In this document: positions 7,891-9,302 of the stretch, piece by piece | How the letters are laid out: each line of letters opens with the position of its first letter | Numbering within the stretch: the stretch's first letter is position 1 | Source of the DNA: Octopus sinensis | Taxonomy: Eukaryota | Direction: 5' to 3' | Assembly (NCBI RefSeq): GCF_006345805.1 | Contig: NW_021828025.1 | Coordinates: forward strand, 1-9,302 | DNA length: 9,302 bases | Made by a program: the position numbers and the translations under genes | The notes under the pieces: generated by a model | Told to the model about the DNA's origin: nothing | The model's input: only the letters and a program-made list of their open reading frames with translations | The model's database searches: none

Positions 7891-7970
7891 ACTTGCATCA
7901 CGATCATGTGAACACAAACGGTAGGCAATGCATTCTGGGTAGCTGGGCATTATGGGTGTTCCTTGAGGTA

Positions 7971-8028
7971 CCAACAGACTCTTCAACTGATCGCCGACCC
8001 AACAGACTCTTCAACTGATTGCCGACCC
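7971..8028. repeat. 28-bp direct tandem duplication
   Basis: ccaacagactcttcaactgatcgccgac (7971-7998) and ccaacagactcttcaactgattgccgac (7999-8026), 1 mismatch, followed by cc. Confidence 0.95.
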
Positions 8029-8184
8029 GTGTTATCACAGATCAATCCGTGATAAGTGTAACATGGTTCACAATTGAGCGTATAGTGTCATGCTAAATTA
8101 CTGATAAATGAATTAGTAGTAAACGGGGATACACATTCAACAATGAACTCCGCTACGATTATCTAAATAATTAAATCATTCAAA

Positions 8185-8309
8185 CAGGAGTGGCCTGTGT
8201 GATAAGTAGCTTGCGTACCAACCACATGGTTCTGGGTTCAGTCCCACTACGTGGCACCTTGGCCAAGTGTCTTCTACTATAGCTTCGGGCCGACCAAAGC
8301 CTTGTGAGT
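8185..8309 (+). mobile_element. 5' half (tRNA head) of SINE family A
   Basis: Colinear with 4797-4920 up to ccttgtgagt, then stops abruptly. Confidence 0.9.
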
Positions 8310-8620
8310 TTTTATTGAGCCAAAAGACCTAAAGCTCCACGACGCTCCGGCGAAACGCATTGTGACCAGCGATGTGTAGAAACATCTGATAGCCTGGTCG
8401 GTCACTGTGATCATGGTGATATAATATATATATATATATATTATATATATATATATAATATTATATAAAAGGGCTTAGAAAATAAATTACTTGCCCGATA
8501 CTTTTATTTACTAAGCCCTTTTATAAATGTAATAATTTGAATTCGCCTTGAATGTCCCTTTGCATACTGAACACTTGGTGAAATTGATTAATAATTAATA
8601 ATTTGCCCTCAATTGTTGAA
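8310..8620. other. Unclassified ~310-bp segment lying between the two halves of a family A SINE
   Basis: Not similar to other family A copies in the window. Contains a structured segment (8362-8420), a TA tract (8421-8466) and an inverted repeat (8464-8525). Confidence 0.55.
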
Positions 8621-8836
8621 ATATATATATATATATATATATATGTACGTATGTATGTATATAGTTTTGTGTGTTTTTGGTTGTCCCCCCAACATTGCTT
8701 GACAACCACTGCTGGTGTGTTTACGTCCCCGTAACTTAGCGGTTCCGCAAAAAAGAGCGATAGAATAAGTACTAGGCTTACAAAGAATAAGTCCTGGGGT
8801 CGATTTGCTCGACTAAAGGCGGTGCTCCAGCATGGC
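8621..8836 (+). mobile_element. Microsatellite plus 3' body of SINE family A, lacking the normal tail
   Basis: ttgtccccccaacattgcttgacaacc..cttagcggttc..gatagaataagtactaggcttacaaagaataagtcctggggtcgatttgctcgactaaaggcggtgctccagcatgg aligns to 5000-5157. Confidence 0.9.
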
Positions 8837-9302
8837 GCCACAAACAAAAGAAAAAAGAAATTAAAGAACCGGTGTTACTGAGTATTGTGATATGGTGGAC
8901 TCAACGAATCGAAATCCATATCTGCCTTGGGTCTGTGGAAAACGACTATAATCCTACCACCGCTTCTATGTATTCACGGTCAAAGCTGAAGGCTTCCAGT
9001 AGCATCCACTGCCTGTCCCTGTCGCTTCTTTCCCGATCAACTCTAGACTTATTTAAAAAGTATCTTGTTGTTGGTGTTGGTATCTTAGTTTGCTGGGCTA
9101 TCTGCACGAGGATTATTATTATTATAGTGAGTATAGTTTGTACAGAGCAGCCCTGCCCTCTCGTCCTTCAAACTCGTATTGGTTTGATACAAATGCCACA
9201 CGCGCAGAAGTTATCAGGATGCAGGACTTGTATGGAGTTATCTTCCCTTAGTTGAACAGCCACAAAGCTGAAGCGCTTCATCATGTCCTGGGATTACTGG
9301 GA

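Noticed and set aside
8340-8400. Hammerhead ribozyme suggested by cgaaacg (8351) and ctgatag (8386)
   Set aside because: The core motif is not CTGANGA, and the order and stems do not fit any hammerhead topology.
8872-9255. 127-aa plus-strand ORF
   Set aside because: Non-ATG start, no recognisable domain, crosses a small ATT repeat, and no splice or expression evidence.

Overview
Eukaryotic, AT-rich, repeat-saturated non-coding DNA. No intact protein-coding gene, RNA gene or CRISPR array is supportable, and nearly all ORF-track entries are microsatellite or antisense-repeat artefacts. From recollection (not a database search), the repeat families and microsatellite density match an octopod cephalopod (Octopus) genome. 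Contents: (i) about seven copies or fragments of a tRNA-derived SINE (family A), including two near-full-length copies head-to-head; (ii) a second tRNA-derived SINE (family B) present as a partial dimer inside a perfect 16-bp target-site duplication; (iii) a 553-bp internally deleted mariner element with 30-bp TIRs and TA duplication; (iv) a four-copy ~243-bp tandem array with a nested 15-bp VNTR and palindromes; (v) two different 3' fragments of R4/Dong-like non-LTR retrotransposons interleaved with (TAA)n tracts, not shown by the ORF track; (vi) many microsatellites. The most interesting structure is the TAA/Dong cluster at 6745-7490. I do not see evidence for a new functional gene system; the findings concern retroelement and repeat biology.
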